From Octopus sinensis (Eukaryota): 64,000 nt of DNA. Location: the NCBI RefSeq assembly GCF_006345805.1, contig NC_043010.1, positions 37,820,001-37,884,000 of the forward strand, read 5' to 3'. The notes under the pieces are model-generated. The model was given only the letters and a program-made list of their open reading frames with translations, was not told the origin of the DNA and made no database searches. Shown here piece after piece: positions 1-11,209 of this stretch (its first letter is position 1; each line of letters begins with the position of its first letter). The position numbers and the translations under genes are program-made.

Positions 1-140
1 AGAGCGCTATTACAATATAAAAACAATGGACGGGCAGTAATCTCAACACACAATGATCAGCTAACATCACGTTAGCGGCTACTATCATATCTAGTCCAAG
101 AACAATAAGCTTCGAACTGACTCAGTGATTGTCGTTCGTA

Positions 141-540
141 GTAAGTAAATTTTAAGTAGCTTGCTTACCAACCATATGGTACCGGGTTCAGTCCCACTGC
201 GTGGCACCTTGGGCAAGTGTCTTCTACTATAGCCTCTGGCCGACCAAAGCCTTGTGAGTGGATTTGGTAGACGGAAACTGGAAGAAGCCCGTCGTATTTA
301 TGTATATATAGCTATATATGTATGTATGTATGTATATGTTTGTGTGTCTGTGTTTGTCCCCCCACCATTGCTTGACAACCAATGGTGGTGTGTTTACATC
401 CCGTAAGAGACTGATAGAATAAGTACTAGGCTTACAAAGAATAAGTCCTGGGGTCGATTTACTCGACTAGAAGGCGGTGCTCCAGCATGGCCGCAGTCAA
501 ATGACTGAAACAAGTAAAAGAGTAAAAGAGAGTAAAGAGA
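141..540 (+). mobile_element. tRNA-derived SINE, family A (CORE-like centre, internal TA/TG microsatellite, GAAACAAGTAAAAGA tail)
   Basis: B-box-like GGGTTCAGTCCC, then GCACCTTGGGCAAGTGTCTT resembling the MIR/CORE motif; the same sequence recurs more than 20 times in the window on both strands. Confidence 0.85.
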
Positions 541-662
541 TAAAAAGGAATTTTTTTTTTATCAAAAATCTCAAACAGATTTTCTATGTTCTTTATCGTA
601 ACTCATACGTATAAACATACCTACACACACACACACAGATGCAATACCGCATTTGCACAGGC

Positions 663-856
<194 letters not shown>

Positions 857-860
857 CAAC

Positions 861-1020
861 ATGGAAAAATACCTAAGGAATGAGAACCCAAGCTGGAAAT
901 TTCCCCAAGACACCTGATGAAGGCTGGAGGGTATATCAACCGAAACGTTGTGTTAACAACAAACAAAATGAGAACAAATATCCGTCAAATGTAAATAATG
1001 TACCGCATTTGCAGCACCAC
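861..1020 (+). mobile_element. Penelope-like element terminal repeat fragment
   Basis: CCTGATGAAGG...CCGAAACGTT motif typical of Penelope-like element termini, next to an (AAT)n tract. Confidence 0.6.
909..954 (+). ncRNA. Minimal type I hammerhead ribozyme motif
   Basis: GACAC (stem I) CTGATGA (914-920) A GGCTG..CAACC (stem II, one mismatch) GAAA (942-945) CG TT then GTGTT (stem I partner); stem III is the palindrome AACGTT. Confidence 0.6.
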
Positions 1021-1354
1021 TATTTCCCAAGCCTTACTGGCTTGCCAGTTTCTCCGAAACAGAGATGCTAATCTTCCAACTTCTTAATTATTCATCTCCT
1101 GTGTCTCTAAAACTTTTTAGACTGCTAGAACTTTAAAGTAAATAAATGAATATTAGTTTCAAATTTGGCACAAGGCCAACAGTTTCAAGGGAGGGGGACG
1201 AGTCGATCACATAGACCCAGTTCTCAACTGGTATTTATTTTATTGACCCCAGAAAAAAAAAAATTAAAAGCAAAGTCGACCTCAGCAGAATTTGAACTCA
1301 GAACATGAAGAGCACGAAATTTCATAGTTACTGTCTTTACTTAAATAGAATTTT

Positions 1355-1556
1355 TTCTACTCTAGGCACACGGCCGGAAATTTTTGAGGAGTGGGGGGCC
1401 AGTCGATTACCTCGACCCAAGTACGCAACTGGTACTTATTTTCTCGACCCCAAATGATGAAAGTCAAAGTCGACCTCGGCGGAACTTGAACTCAGAACGT
1501 AAAGACAGACGAAATACTGCTAAGCATATCACCCGGCGTACTAACGTTTCTTTAGG
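1355..1556 (-). mobile_element. tRNA-derived SINE, family B
   Basis: Reverse complement reads ACGTTCTGAGTTCAAGTTCCGCCGAGGTCGACTTTGACTTTCATC...AAGTACCAG; a second copy lies at about 1150-1310. Confidence 0.85.
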
Positions 1557-1889
1557 CACCCGTACATTATTATAAATGGTATAGGTTTATTAATATTGCA
1601 CTATGCAAGGAAGTGCACGGTACGGGTATCTGTATCAGTGGAACCGGTTTAAGTGAAAAATATTATTAAACAAAAAATAAAATTAATTACTTTAAGATAA
1701 TGTTGTAGCACTAATACTCTCAAATTGGTAAGATTTACAATTTTACTAATCACGATGATCTGGAAGACGAATGCATTTATAATTGCTGTCCATTCCGTAA
1801 TTAATTATTTCATCATGATTTTCTGATGCCATGGATGGCATACCTGGGGTACTTGCAATTCAAGCAACAGGATACACATTATTGGCATT

Positions 1890-3783
1890 TTTTAAAACGT
1901 TTCACCGAAACGAAATTGCTTCATGTTCTCTCTTTTTATTTTTCCTTGAGCGATTTTTTCATGCAACGACTCCAAATAAGTTCATTAGTCCCTGTTGTGG
2001 ACTGTTGCACTACCCCTTTAATTACTTCCCTTTCTCACTCAGTTAACCTGTCATGGGAAAGTGCTTAGGCTACACCTGTTTCATCTTCATCATGGTCATT
2101 CTCAACGCTTCCTCTTTTTATCACCATTCAGAATGGTGTCTATAATTTTCCAAGCCTGTAATACGATGTACAACTTGTATTTCTTCGTTCATATTCACCC
2201 ACTCTGCCGGGTTTTCTTCAATAAGATCATTTACTATAATTTTGGCAACAGGTCCTGTAATATTTTTTGCACACTCAAGCGATTCATAAACACTTTTTTC
2301 CTATGATAAACTAAAATTTGTGAAATCGTTGTCGGTATTTTCACGAGATGCATTATCAAAGAACCACAATATCTAAGCCACTTTATATGCCATACTTTCT
2401 TTCGCATTGATGATCCACCTTCTCCCATTTGCTAGCAATGAACCAAGGATCACCTAGAGACTAGCAGCATCCACAGCATCTAATACCTTTTAATGAAAAG
2501 TGATCGATACTCAACCTCTAGGGAGTACAGTATTTATTAATCTTGATAATTCGATAAGTGACATACAGTTGGCTGGTAAATACACAGCGTAAACAGTTAT
2601 CTTGTTTAGGAGTTCAGTATTGAAATGTGTTGAAGAGTTGTCCAGAATGATAATTCTAGTCTTCTGCTTGGACAGTAGATGTGCAGTGTGTTCTGGTTGC
2701 AAACGCAAAATCTTCAAACCATTCTTTGGCATTTTCGTTTGTAATCCAGCCGTCCTTATTTGCACAGTATATTACTATTAAATTTGAATCCTTTTCAAGA
2801 CTCTTGGATATTTGATCTTTCCTGTAAACAACGGTTTACATATGTGCGTAGCTGCTGCGTTTGAGCACCTTAAGACGGTAAACCTGTCCTTAGATTGTTT
2901 GACTCCTACATGGGCCTCTTCATCTTTTGTTGTTAATGTTTTCTAAGGTGTGCATCACCAATATAATACAGTTTCATCTGCATTCGCCCTTTTGGCCCGG
3001 TTTCCCGGTTTCTGTGGCGTATGTGTTCCCCCCAGCTGGACGGGACGCCAGTCCATCGCAGCGTTACTCAAGAAACAGGAAGAGAGAGTGAGAGAAAGTT
3101 GGGGCGAAAGAGTACAACAGGGGTCGCCACTACCCACTGCCGGAGCCTCGTGGAGCTTTAGGTGTTTTCGCTCAATAAACACACACAACGCCCGGTCTGG
3201 GAATCGAAATCGCGATCCCCCGACCGCGAGTCCGCTGCCCTAACCACTGGGCCATTGCGCCTTCACACTCGTCAGTTATGGGCTTGGCTAATTCAACCTC
3301 ATGACTTGACAGCTCCTTTATATTTTGCGGACCGCTTTTCTCTAAACACATAATACAATGAAATTCCATTACGCTTCTCAAATCTTTGAAGTCACCTTGC
3401 ACTACAATCCTACTCATGCTCTAATTTAAGTTCTTTGTGGAACAATTGAACCTGCTCTGTTATCAACCTCTCTTACAATTCCACTGCATCACTCCGACGT
3501 TGTCGAAACCATTCTGTTATCACTCTATCATGCTCAGTAAACCTTACCATATTTCATTGTTTTCTTAATAGTTATTTGTTTCTTCATTGGAATTTCAATA
3601 CATTTCTCTTCTGCTTTTGTATATCATAGATTTGATGTACCGATACTATATATTTCACATAGTTCACACACTGAAATACCATGGTTCAGTTCTTCACAAC
3701 TCTTGATTTGTCTCTTGAATCAATATGGGTTAGTGTTAACGCTTTCCACCTCTAGTGACACAAACACCTTTCAGAGAAGCCAT
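1890..3783 (-). pseudogene. Decayed pogo/Tigger-family DDE transposase (CENP-B-type HTH plus DDE_1), interrupted by a SINE
   Basis: Minus-strand translation across stops and frameshifts: EHDRVITEWFRQRRSD (HTH), LQRFEKRNGIS, NADETVLYW, KQSKDRFTVLRCSNAAATHICKPLFTGKIKYPR, IILDNSSTH..YLPANCMSLI, EWVNMNEEI, KQFRFGETF. ATG at 3783. Confidence 0.88.
2986..3262 (-). mobile_element. tRNA-derived SINE, family C, nested in the Tigger ORF
   Basis: Minus strand: AGGCGCAATGGCCCAGTGGTTAGGG (A box), ATTTCGATTCCC (B box), and GCGATGGACTGGCGTCCCGTCCAG, similar to V-SINE/L2-type 3' sequence. Confidence 0.8.
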
Positions 3784-4006
3784 AGCTAGGGTTAAATTTA
3801 TGCAAAATAAGCTTTTAAGAATCTCACAGAATCGAGACACCACCATTGGCAACCGAACTATCTAAAATAGCATGAGTGCACTCAACGCCATCTGTGTGCA
3901 ATCTAGCAAACAAGTCTGGCGGCCGTGGAAATTTTACGCTTGCAATTTTGCTCGAATTAAAGGAGGTACCGGATCATCCGTTGCCGAAAATTCAGTGTTG
4001 TACTTG

Positions 4007-4037
<31 letters not shown>

Positions 4038-4074
4038 GAATGTATGAATGTATGTATGTATGTATGTATACTTT

Positions 4075-4440
4075 TTTTACTCTTTTACTTGCTTCAGCCA
4101 ATTGACTGCGGCCATGCTGGAGCACCGCCTTTAGTTGAGCAAATCGACCCCAGGACTTATTCTTTGTAAGCCTAGTACTTATTCTATCGGTCTCTTTCAC
4201 TGAACTGCTAAGTCACGGTTGTCAAGCGATATTGGAGGGACAAAGACAGACACACAAACACACACACATATATATATATATACATATACATATATACGAT
4301 GGGCTTCTTTCAGTTTCCGTCTACCAAATCCACTTTGGTCGGCCCAAGGCTATAGTAGAAGACACTTGCCCAAGGTGCCACACAGTGGGACTGAACCCAG
4401 AACCAAGCAGATGGGAAGCAAGTTTCTTACCACACAGCCG
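4075..4440 (-). mobile_element. SINE family A
   Basis: Reverse complement of the 141-540 element, with a small internal deletion. Confidence 0.85.
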
Positions 4441-4471
4441 TCTGGTTGGTAAGCAAGTTACTTACCACACA

Positions 4472-4502
<31 letters not shown>

Positions 4503-4624
4503 TGTATGTATGTATGTATGTATGTATGTATGATTTCTTTTTATCTGTTTAATTTAGAGCTAATTTAGATCGGTCAGTTGCTTAGTAGCAAGGTTGTGAA
4601 GGAAAGCAATTGTTTAGTCCACCA

Positions 4625-5173
4625 TCCCTTAAATCTTATGAGGGTCACGCAGATCTTGATTGTCCTAGATATCGTGATCATTTGCAGCGTACGAACCGAG
4701 GAGATGCATTCTCTGTCCAAGAACCCAAATTTAACCATACTTTGCTCCAGGCAATTTGCTCCTTCAATATCCTGTAGCTATGAAACTGAAAATGTATCTT
4801 TGGCACTGGATTTGCAAACAACACTTTATCACTTAATCAAGAGATATTTTCCTTCCCCTGTATTTCTCGAACCACAATGGTATTCAGAGGACAGCTGGTT
4901 TCCAAAAACAGAGTATATATATTTTTCTTGTAATACCACACAATGCCTGACCTGGCAGTTGTTTTTAATTTTTAAGTTCTATCAACATTCTCTCGACCCA
5001 TAGGTCTCAATTTAGTCAACTCTGTTTGCAAGTAATTTGCTTTTTCTAATGCTGTTTCATACTGATCTGGTTACCGCGACATGTCTCACGGGAGGATAAT
5101 ATCTGGAAGACATTCTCTCGCAGTCGTTAATAACGTGGTTGATGTGTTCAATTTTAATTTTGCACAGCTTACA
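4625..5173 (-). pseudogene. 3' ORF fragment of an RLE-type non-LTR retrotransposon (R4/Dong-like): CCHC knuckle plus restriction-like endonuclease
   Basis: CKLCKIKIEHINHVINDCERMSSRYYPPVRH (CCHC then RH), ARSGIV (decayed RPDIV), ETSCPLNT, TIKICVTLIRFK; contains stops and frameshifts. Confidence 0.75.
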
Positions 5174-5189
5174 TTTATTGCCCGTCATT

Positions 5190-5770
5190 GTGTGTGTGTG
5201 TATGTATGTGTGTATGTATGTATGTATGTATGTATGTATGTATGTATGTATGTATGTATGTATGTATTATGTATGTATGTATGTATGCGTATATGTGTGT
5301 GTGTGTATATATGCATGTGCGAATGTATGTACGTGCATGTGTACATAGTACGTACGTATGTATGTATGTATGTATGTTGTATGTATATATGTATGTATGC
5401 GTATATGTGTGTGTGTGTGTATATATGCATGTGCGAATGTATGTACGTGCGTGTGTACATACGTACGTACGTACGTATGTATGTATGTATGTATGTATGT
5501 ATGTATGTATGTATGTATGTATGTATGTATGCATGCACGTATGTATGTATGTAAAAGTATATACGTATGTGTATATATGAGTGTGTCTCAGTCTGTCTTT
5601 GTCTGTCTGTTTGTCTGTTCCCCCCCCCTCTCTCTCTATATATATATACATACATACATATACATACATATATGTATGTGTGTGTATGAGTGTGTGTTTC
5701 TTTCTCTCTCTCTCTCCCTTTCACTCTTTCTCCCTCTCTGTATGTATGTACCTGTATATGTATGTATAAA
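5190..5770. repeat. Compound (TATG)n/(TG)n/(TC)n microsatellite with an internal duplication of about 65 bp
   Basis: Direct reading; source of the MYVC and HTYI ORFs. Confidence 0.95.
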
Positions 5771-6139
5771 TAAACGTATATGTGTATATATACACATGTG
5801 TATATCTGTCCGTCTGTCTATTTATCTGACAGGTAAACCTAAACTAATATACTCTAGCACAGCACATTCGGAATCTGACAAAAACCAGTCCGCCTACCAC
5901 CTCCCACCCCCATGTCAAGAAGAATTATAAATGAAGTTTGGCGAGGGACTTCCTCCTCCTCCTCCTCCTCCTCCGCCTCCGCCTCCTCCTTTCTGTTATC
6001 GAGAAGACGATCTAGAGTTCGCGTCTATATAATTCGTCTTTCTCTGCCGTGCTGGTGAACAAATGCCGAATGACCATCCTAATTTTACTAAACATGACAG
6101 ATTCCGTCTACTTTTCAAAACTCACAAGATCCCAGCAAA

Positions 6140-6155
6140 ATGGCCGAGACCCTAA
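6140..6155 (+). CDS. Candidate first coding exon MAETL (phase-1 donor), product unknown
   Basis: CAGCAAAATGGCCG start context matching a YY1-type motif, donor AA|GTATGA, and unique CpG-containing sequence with a CCT/CCG tract upstream; no homology evidence. Confidence 0.25.
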
Positions 6156-6283
6156 GTATGAAGAATACTTTTCTGTGATACATGCAAGGATACATATGCA
6201 AAGTGCGAGTTAAAATACGTAAATATGCGTATTTGCATGTACAAGTGTATGTATATATAATATATATATATATATATTATATA

Positions 6284-6345
<62 letters not shown>

Positions 6346-6348
<3 letters not shown>

Positions 6349-6740
6349 TAGCAGTATCGCCCGGCGTTGCTCGGGTTTGTAAGGGAAATAACTATATAAG
6401 CATTTTTAGAGATGTAAAGTATAATAGCCATCTCAATATGGCTAACCACAAAGTGGGGTATTACTGTAGCTTTTTACGTTCTGAGATTTAATAATACATT
6501 TTTAGAGAGTTACTTCCCTTATATAATAGCAACAAAATGCATTAAAAATGGGAAAAAATTATGGTAAATTTTTTTTTTAATCGTAGACTCATCGTAGACG
6601 CGCGCTAATACCCAGAAGGGCTCGATAGGAATCACGACTATAAGATACCCGCTTTTGGTTACACTGCACCGCAAAATGTGGGAGTAGTTAGGAATCTAAA
6701 TCGTAGGAGACAGACACACAACTTCACTTTTATATATAAA
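6346..6740 (+). mobile_element. Non-autonomous Helitron/Helentron-like element, copy 1
   Basis: 5' TACTAGC..CGCCCGGCGTTGCTCGGG sub-terminal hairpin, 3' ACAGACACACAACTTCACTTTTATATAT, embedded in (TA)n. Confidence 0.65.
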
Positions 6741-6762
6741 AATATATATATATATATATATA

Positions 6763-7156
6763 TACTAGCAGTATCGCCCGGTGTTGCTCGGGTTTGTAAG
6801 GGAAATAACTATATAAGCATTTTTAGAGAGTTATAGCCAAAAAATAGCAAAAAGATGCATTAAAAGTGGAAAAAAAATGATGGTAATTTTTTTTTAATCG
6901 TTGACTCATCGTAGACATTTTTAGAGAGTTACTTCCCTTATATAATAGCGAAAAAAATGCATTAAAATGGAAAAAAATTTGGTAAATTATTTTTAAAATC
7001 GTAGACTCATCGTAGACGCGCGCTAACACCCAGAAGGGCTCGATATGAATCACGACTATAAGATACCCGCTTTTGGTTACACTGCACCGCAAAATGTGGA
7101 AGTAGTTAGGAATCTAAATCGTAGGAGACAGACACACCACTTTTATATATAAAGAT
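6763..7156 (+). mobile_element. Non-autonomous Helitron/Helentron-like element, copy 2 (tandem)
   Basis: Same termini as copy 1, with a differently arranged internal AT-rich block. Confidence 0.65.
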
Positions 7157-7249
7157 ATATATATATATATATATATATATGCCTCACCACGCACTGAAAA
7201 ATAGACACTATTGCCACCATAAATTCTCCGAGAAAATCTTACTACATGA

Positions 7250-7621
7250 TGGAAGCACTCCGTCGGTTACGACGATGAGGGTTCCGGTTGATCCGAATCA
7301 ACGGAACAGCCTGCTCGTGAAATTAACGTGTAAGTGGCTGAGCACTCCACAGACACGTGCACCCTTAACGTAGTTCTCGGGGACATTCAGCGTGACACAG
7401 AGAGTGACAAGGCCGGCCCCTTGAAATACAGTTACAACAGAAACAGGAAGTAAGAGTGAGAGAAAGTTGTGGTGAAAGAGTACAGCAGGGATCACCACCA
7501 TCCCCTGCCGGAGCCTCGTGGTGTTTTCGCTCAATAAACACTCACAACGCCCGGTCTGGGAATCGAAACCGCGATCCTATGACCGCAAGTCCGCTGCCCT
7601 ATCCACAGGGCCATTGCGCCT
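7250..7621 (-). mobile_element. Composite SINE (family C head plus a related body)
   Basis: Shares the family C tRNA head with 2986-3262; a similar composite lies at about 10125-10410. Confidence 0.75.
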
Positions 7622-7825
7622 CCACTTACTACATATAGGCTAGTAGAAGAAAGAAAATGAACTACAACTTTGGTTAACCGCGTACATGATCGCATTTCGA
7701 GCTTAAAGTAATAAAAAAAAACTTTACTTTTTTGCCAAAACTATATATATATATATATATATGCTTTCGGCGTGAATGTTTTTTTTATTGCGGTGTTGTT
7801 ATTTATAATCCTGTAATAAAAAATG

Positions 7826-8028
7826 ATGGTATTTTTATATAAGCTTAAAGCTTATGGCGATCACTGTGCAATGACTAAGGAAAATAATCTAATAAAGGGG
7901 TATATAAGCCCTCGACAGAAAAAAGAAGGCTTTCCTATCTGTCGAGAGCTTATATGCCCCTTTATTAGACTATTTTCCTTGGTCATTGCACGGTGATCGC
8001 TATAAACTTTAAGCTAATATAAAAATAC

Positions 8029-8031
<3 letters not shown>
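7826..8031. mobile_element. Foldback/MITE-like palindrome
   Basis: Arms of about 94 bp (7826-7919 and 7938-8031) pair almost throughout around an 18-nt spacer; termini ATGGTATTTTTATAT / ATATAAAAATACCAT. Confidence 0.8.
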
Positions 8032-8082
<51 letters not shown>

Positions 8083-8252
8083 ATATATATATGAGAGGTT
8101 TTGGTATCCAGAAGATCCAAAAGGCAGGTAAGGCTATGTAAGTGCTACGGAATGACCGCTGTTAGAATACCATTTCGATAATAGTATGATAATCTAACGC
8201 GGATCGTGTGTGAGGGTGTATAAGTTTAAAAAAATATATATATTATGTTTTC

Positions 8253-8311
<59 letters not shown>

Positions 8312-8469
8312 ACCGGTTTGATTTATTATTCTTTAAATTTTCCATACACCCATTTTTATTAAAATTTGCTTTCAATTTAGCATTCTGCCTTGTTATAATT
8401 TTCCCTCTCCTATCGTTTCTCCACGTGCGGTCAACACAACCCCACCATTTATTGATTTATATATATATA

Positions 8470-8920
8470 TATATAACGGTACTGGATGCCCGTGCATACA
8501 CACATATGTATGTCTCATCTATGTTTTAATTATTATAAATTTTCCACTGAGGAGGGGCCGGTTTCCAACAAAGATACAAGGCTCCATCTTTGAGATGTAG
8601 TTAACACAGACAAATTCACATTTGGAACTTGAGAAAAGTCTTGCATATTTTCAGTGTTCCCCTTACAGATTGCACTTGTAATGTACGAATTAGCCGGTCG
8701 ATTTCTCTTTCTGAAAATCCCAGTTTATCCAGATTCTCCTTTAAGCATTTACTAGTAAAACCTAGTGATACGATTATTATTGGTATGAATATGAATTCGT
8801 ATTCCAGATATAGAAACTGGAGGTTTTGAAGCAGTTGTCCATAGATATCCTCTTTTTCTTTGATTTCCAAAGGGATATTTATATCTGCAGGGTAGCTGTC
8901 CTCTATAACTGTACATACCT
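8470..8920 (-). mobile_element. 5'-truncated RLE-type (R4/Dong-like) LINE 3' end; ORF remnant 8616-8920 still open
   Basis: VCTVIEDSYPADINIPLEIKEKEDIYGQLLQNL..IPIIIVSLG..LDKLGF..TLKICKTFLKFQM*, matching the C-terminus of RLE ORFs and paralogous to 4625-5173. Confidence 0.8.
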
Positions 8921-8944
8921 TTGTATGTATGTATGTATGTATGT

Positions 8945-9290
8945 ATGTTGTTTGTAGGAGGAGGTTTGCAGGCTTGGTGACCCATCATAAATCTCACAGA
9001 AATCGACCCATGATAAACAGTGTTGTGGCTATTAAACTTCACAACAGGACATGAGTAAAATGTAGAAGGGTGTGCCTCTCAGTTGGAGGTCTAAAGAGAC
9101 ACGTTAAGAGGGTGTATATGGTGGCACCTGTTTTTCCTGCCAGCCAGCACAGTTGTCCAGTATGTAATAAAATGTGTAAACGCTTGGCTGGGCTTAAAAG
9201 TCATATAAGGGCATCACATGTCAACAATGAGGAATCATTTCAGTAACTCTTCTTGGCAATGGCTTTTCTCGTGTAACGAGGGTGCAGCTA
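8945..9290 (+). mobile_element. 5'-truncated LINE 3' end (probably RTE-like) with three decayed C2H2 zinc fingers and a (TATG)n tail
   Basis: Frame 8953-9246: CRRRFAGLVTHHKSH..T*VKCRRVCLSVGGLKRHVKR..CPVCNKMCKRLAGLKSHIRASH..FQ*; one internal TGA at 9052. Confidence 0.6.
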
Positions 9291-10413
9291 TGATGTATGT
9301 ATGTATGTATTATGTATGTATGTAAGTATGTATGTGTGTATGTGTCTGTGGTGGGGTATTCCCATCCAATGTGGAGATGAGTACCAGCATTTCCGTGTGG
9401 CAAGCTCGAACAATTGTGAAAATCTTTTCACATGAAACCATTGGTAGCTTTGTTAACTCACAAAGAAAGTATGTACATATATATGCATGCATACATTCAT
9501 ACATACATACATGCATGCATGCATACATACATACATACATACATACATACATACATACATACATACATGCATGCATTTAGAAATTTCGGGTCGTGAAATA
9601 ATACGTTTTTATTAGCGGAATTTGAAATGGCTAAAGCTGTGAATAGTACGCTATTATTTATAGCTTTATCCGCTTCGAGTTCCATCGTTAAAAACGAATT
9701 ATACATAAGTGTGTGTGCATGCGTACGTTCGTTCGTGCGTGTAGGCGTGAGTAAGTCAACGAAAGAAAGTGCCGCTCGACACAGTTGGTTCGAGTTACAC
9801 TTAATACACACACGTACAAAGCGGAAATCTCAAGCGAATTTATGCTCACGCCGGATGAAAGGGGAAGTGAAGATTTTGTGTCACTTTTTTTTTAATAATG
9901 AGATTGTAAATTTTATAGCGCGTGAGACGAATAACTATTGTAATTTTCGTACGCAGGAATGGCTGTGTGGTAAGTAGCTTGCTTCCCAACCACATGGTTC
10001 CGGGTTCAGTCCCACTGCGGCGCACCTTGGGCAAGTGTTTCCTACTATAGCCTCGAACCGACCAGAGCCTTGTGAGTGGATTTGGCAGACAGAAACTGAA
10101 AAAAGCCCGTCGTATATATATATATTAACGTGAAAATGGCTGAGCAATCCACAGACACCCGTACCCTTAACTTAGTTCTCGGAGAGATTCAGCGTGACAT
10201 AGTATGTGACAAGGCTGGCCCCTTTGAAACAAAAACAGGAAGAAATAGTGAGAGAAAGTTGTGGTGAAAGAGTACATCAGGGTTCGTCACCCACCTCCCA
10301 CCCGCTGCTGGAGCGCCATGGATGTTTAGGGTGTTTTCACTCAGTAAACACTCACAACGAATGGTCTGGGAATCGAAACCGCGATTCCATGACCACTGCC
10401 CTACCTACTGCCT

Positions 10414-10462
<49 letters not shown>

Positions 10463-10464
<2 letters not shown>

Positions 10465-10732
10465 CAAAATGGGACACGAACGCAAAACATCCAAATAGAC
10501 GATATAAAGAAAACAAGGACGGGTCATTCGGAGTTTTCTTTCCTCAGTCGAATTCCAGATTATCTTTGCAAAACCAGCCGAAATTGCAAAGATAATCTGG
10601 AACTCGACTGAGGAAAGAAAACTCCGAATGACCGGTCCTTGTTTTCTTTGTATCGTCTATCTGGATGTTTCGTTGTCCCTTTCTTGTATCACCTAACTTT
10701 TTGGATGTTTTGCGTTCTTGTCCCATTTTGTA
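10463..10732. repeat. Inverted (foldback) pair of a dispersed repeat family
   Basis: 10463-10571 is the reverse complement of 10584-10732 apart from about 37 extra bp in the right arm; 12-nt spacer; single copies at about 26715-26885 and 34620-34730. Confidence 0.85.
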
Positions 10733-10769
10733 TTTATATATATATCAGCGAGCAGCGTACGTACACTTT

Positions 10770-10857
<88 letters not shown>

Positions 10858-11209
10858 TGTGTGTGTGTGTGTGTAGGTATGTATGTATGTGTGTGTGTCT
10901 ATTAATAAATGAACATGTAGTGTCGCAGTACAAGTAGGTTAAAACACAAGGCTGACTGACTCTACAGAATGTAGAACTGATGAAGAACTCAACTAGTTTC
11001 GCCAGTCATTACCAGCTCATTAGAAGCATTTTTTGTTTTTTGTTTTTTCCTTTTCCTTAGTACTCCCCCAAAGTGGGTGGTGGAAAATTCTGTATGGACA
11101 CTGAGGATACAGAGAGTGATACTGGGGACAATAGATACATTTTTTAAAAATTGCCATAACTTTCAGGAATATTTTCATTCTGTGTGTGTGTGTGTGAATC
11201 ATCCAGTCA

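Noticed and set aside
1636-3985. Tigger terminal inverted repeats (CAGTGGAACC.. at about 1637 vs about 3950-3975)
   Set aside because: Left end looks TIR-like, but the match to the right end is too weak to define the boundaries
5081-5930. Cys/His-rich ORFs (MYVC, HTYI, CVCVYI), here and at 28092, 39030, 45420, 55685, 59058, 61991 and 63122
   Set aside because: (TATG)n, (TG)n and (TA)n microsatellites; not metal-binding proteins
10608-10632. Hammerhead in CTGAGGA...GAATGA (also at 26748 and 34647)
   Set aside because: GAAA core is absent in all three copies and stem II is poor
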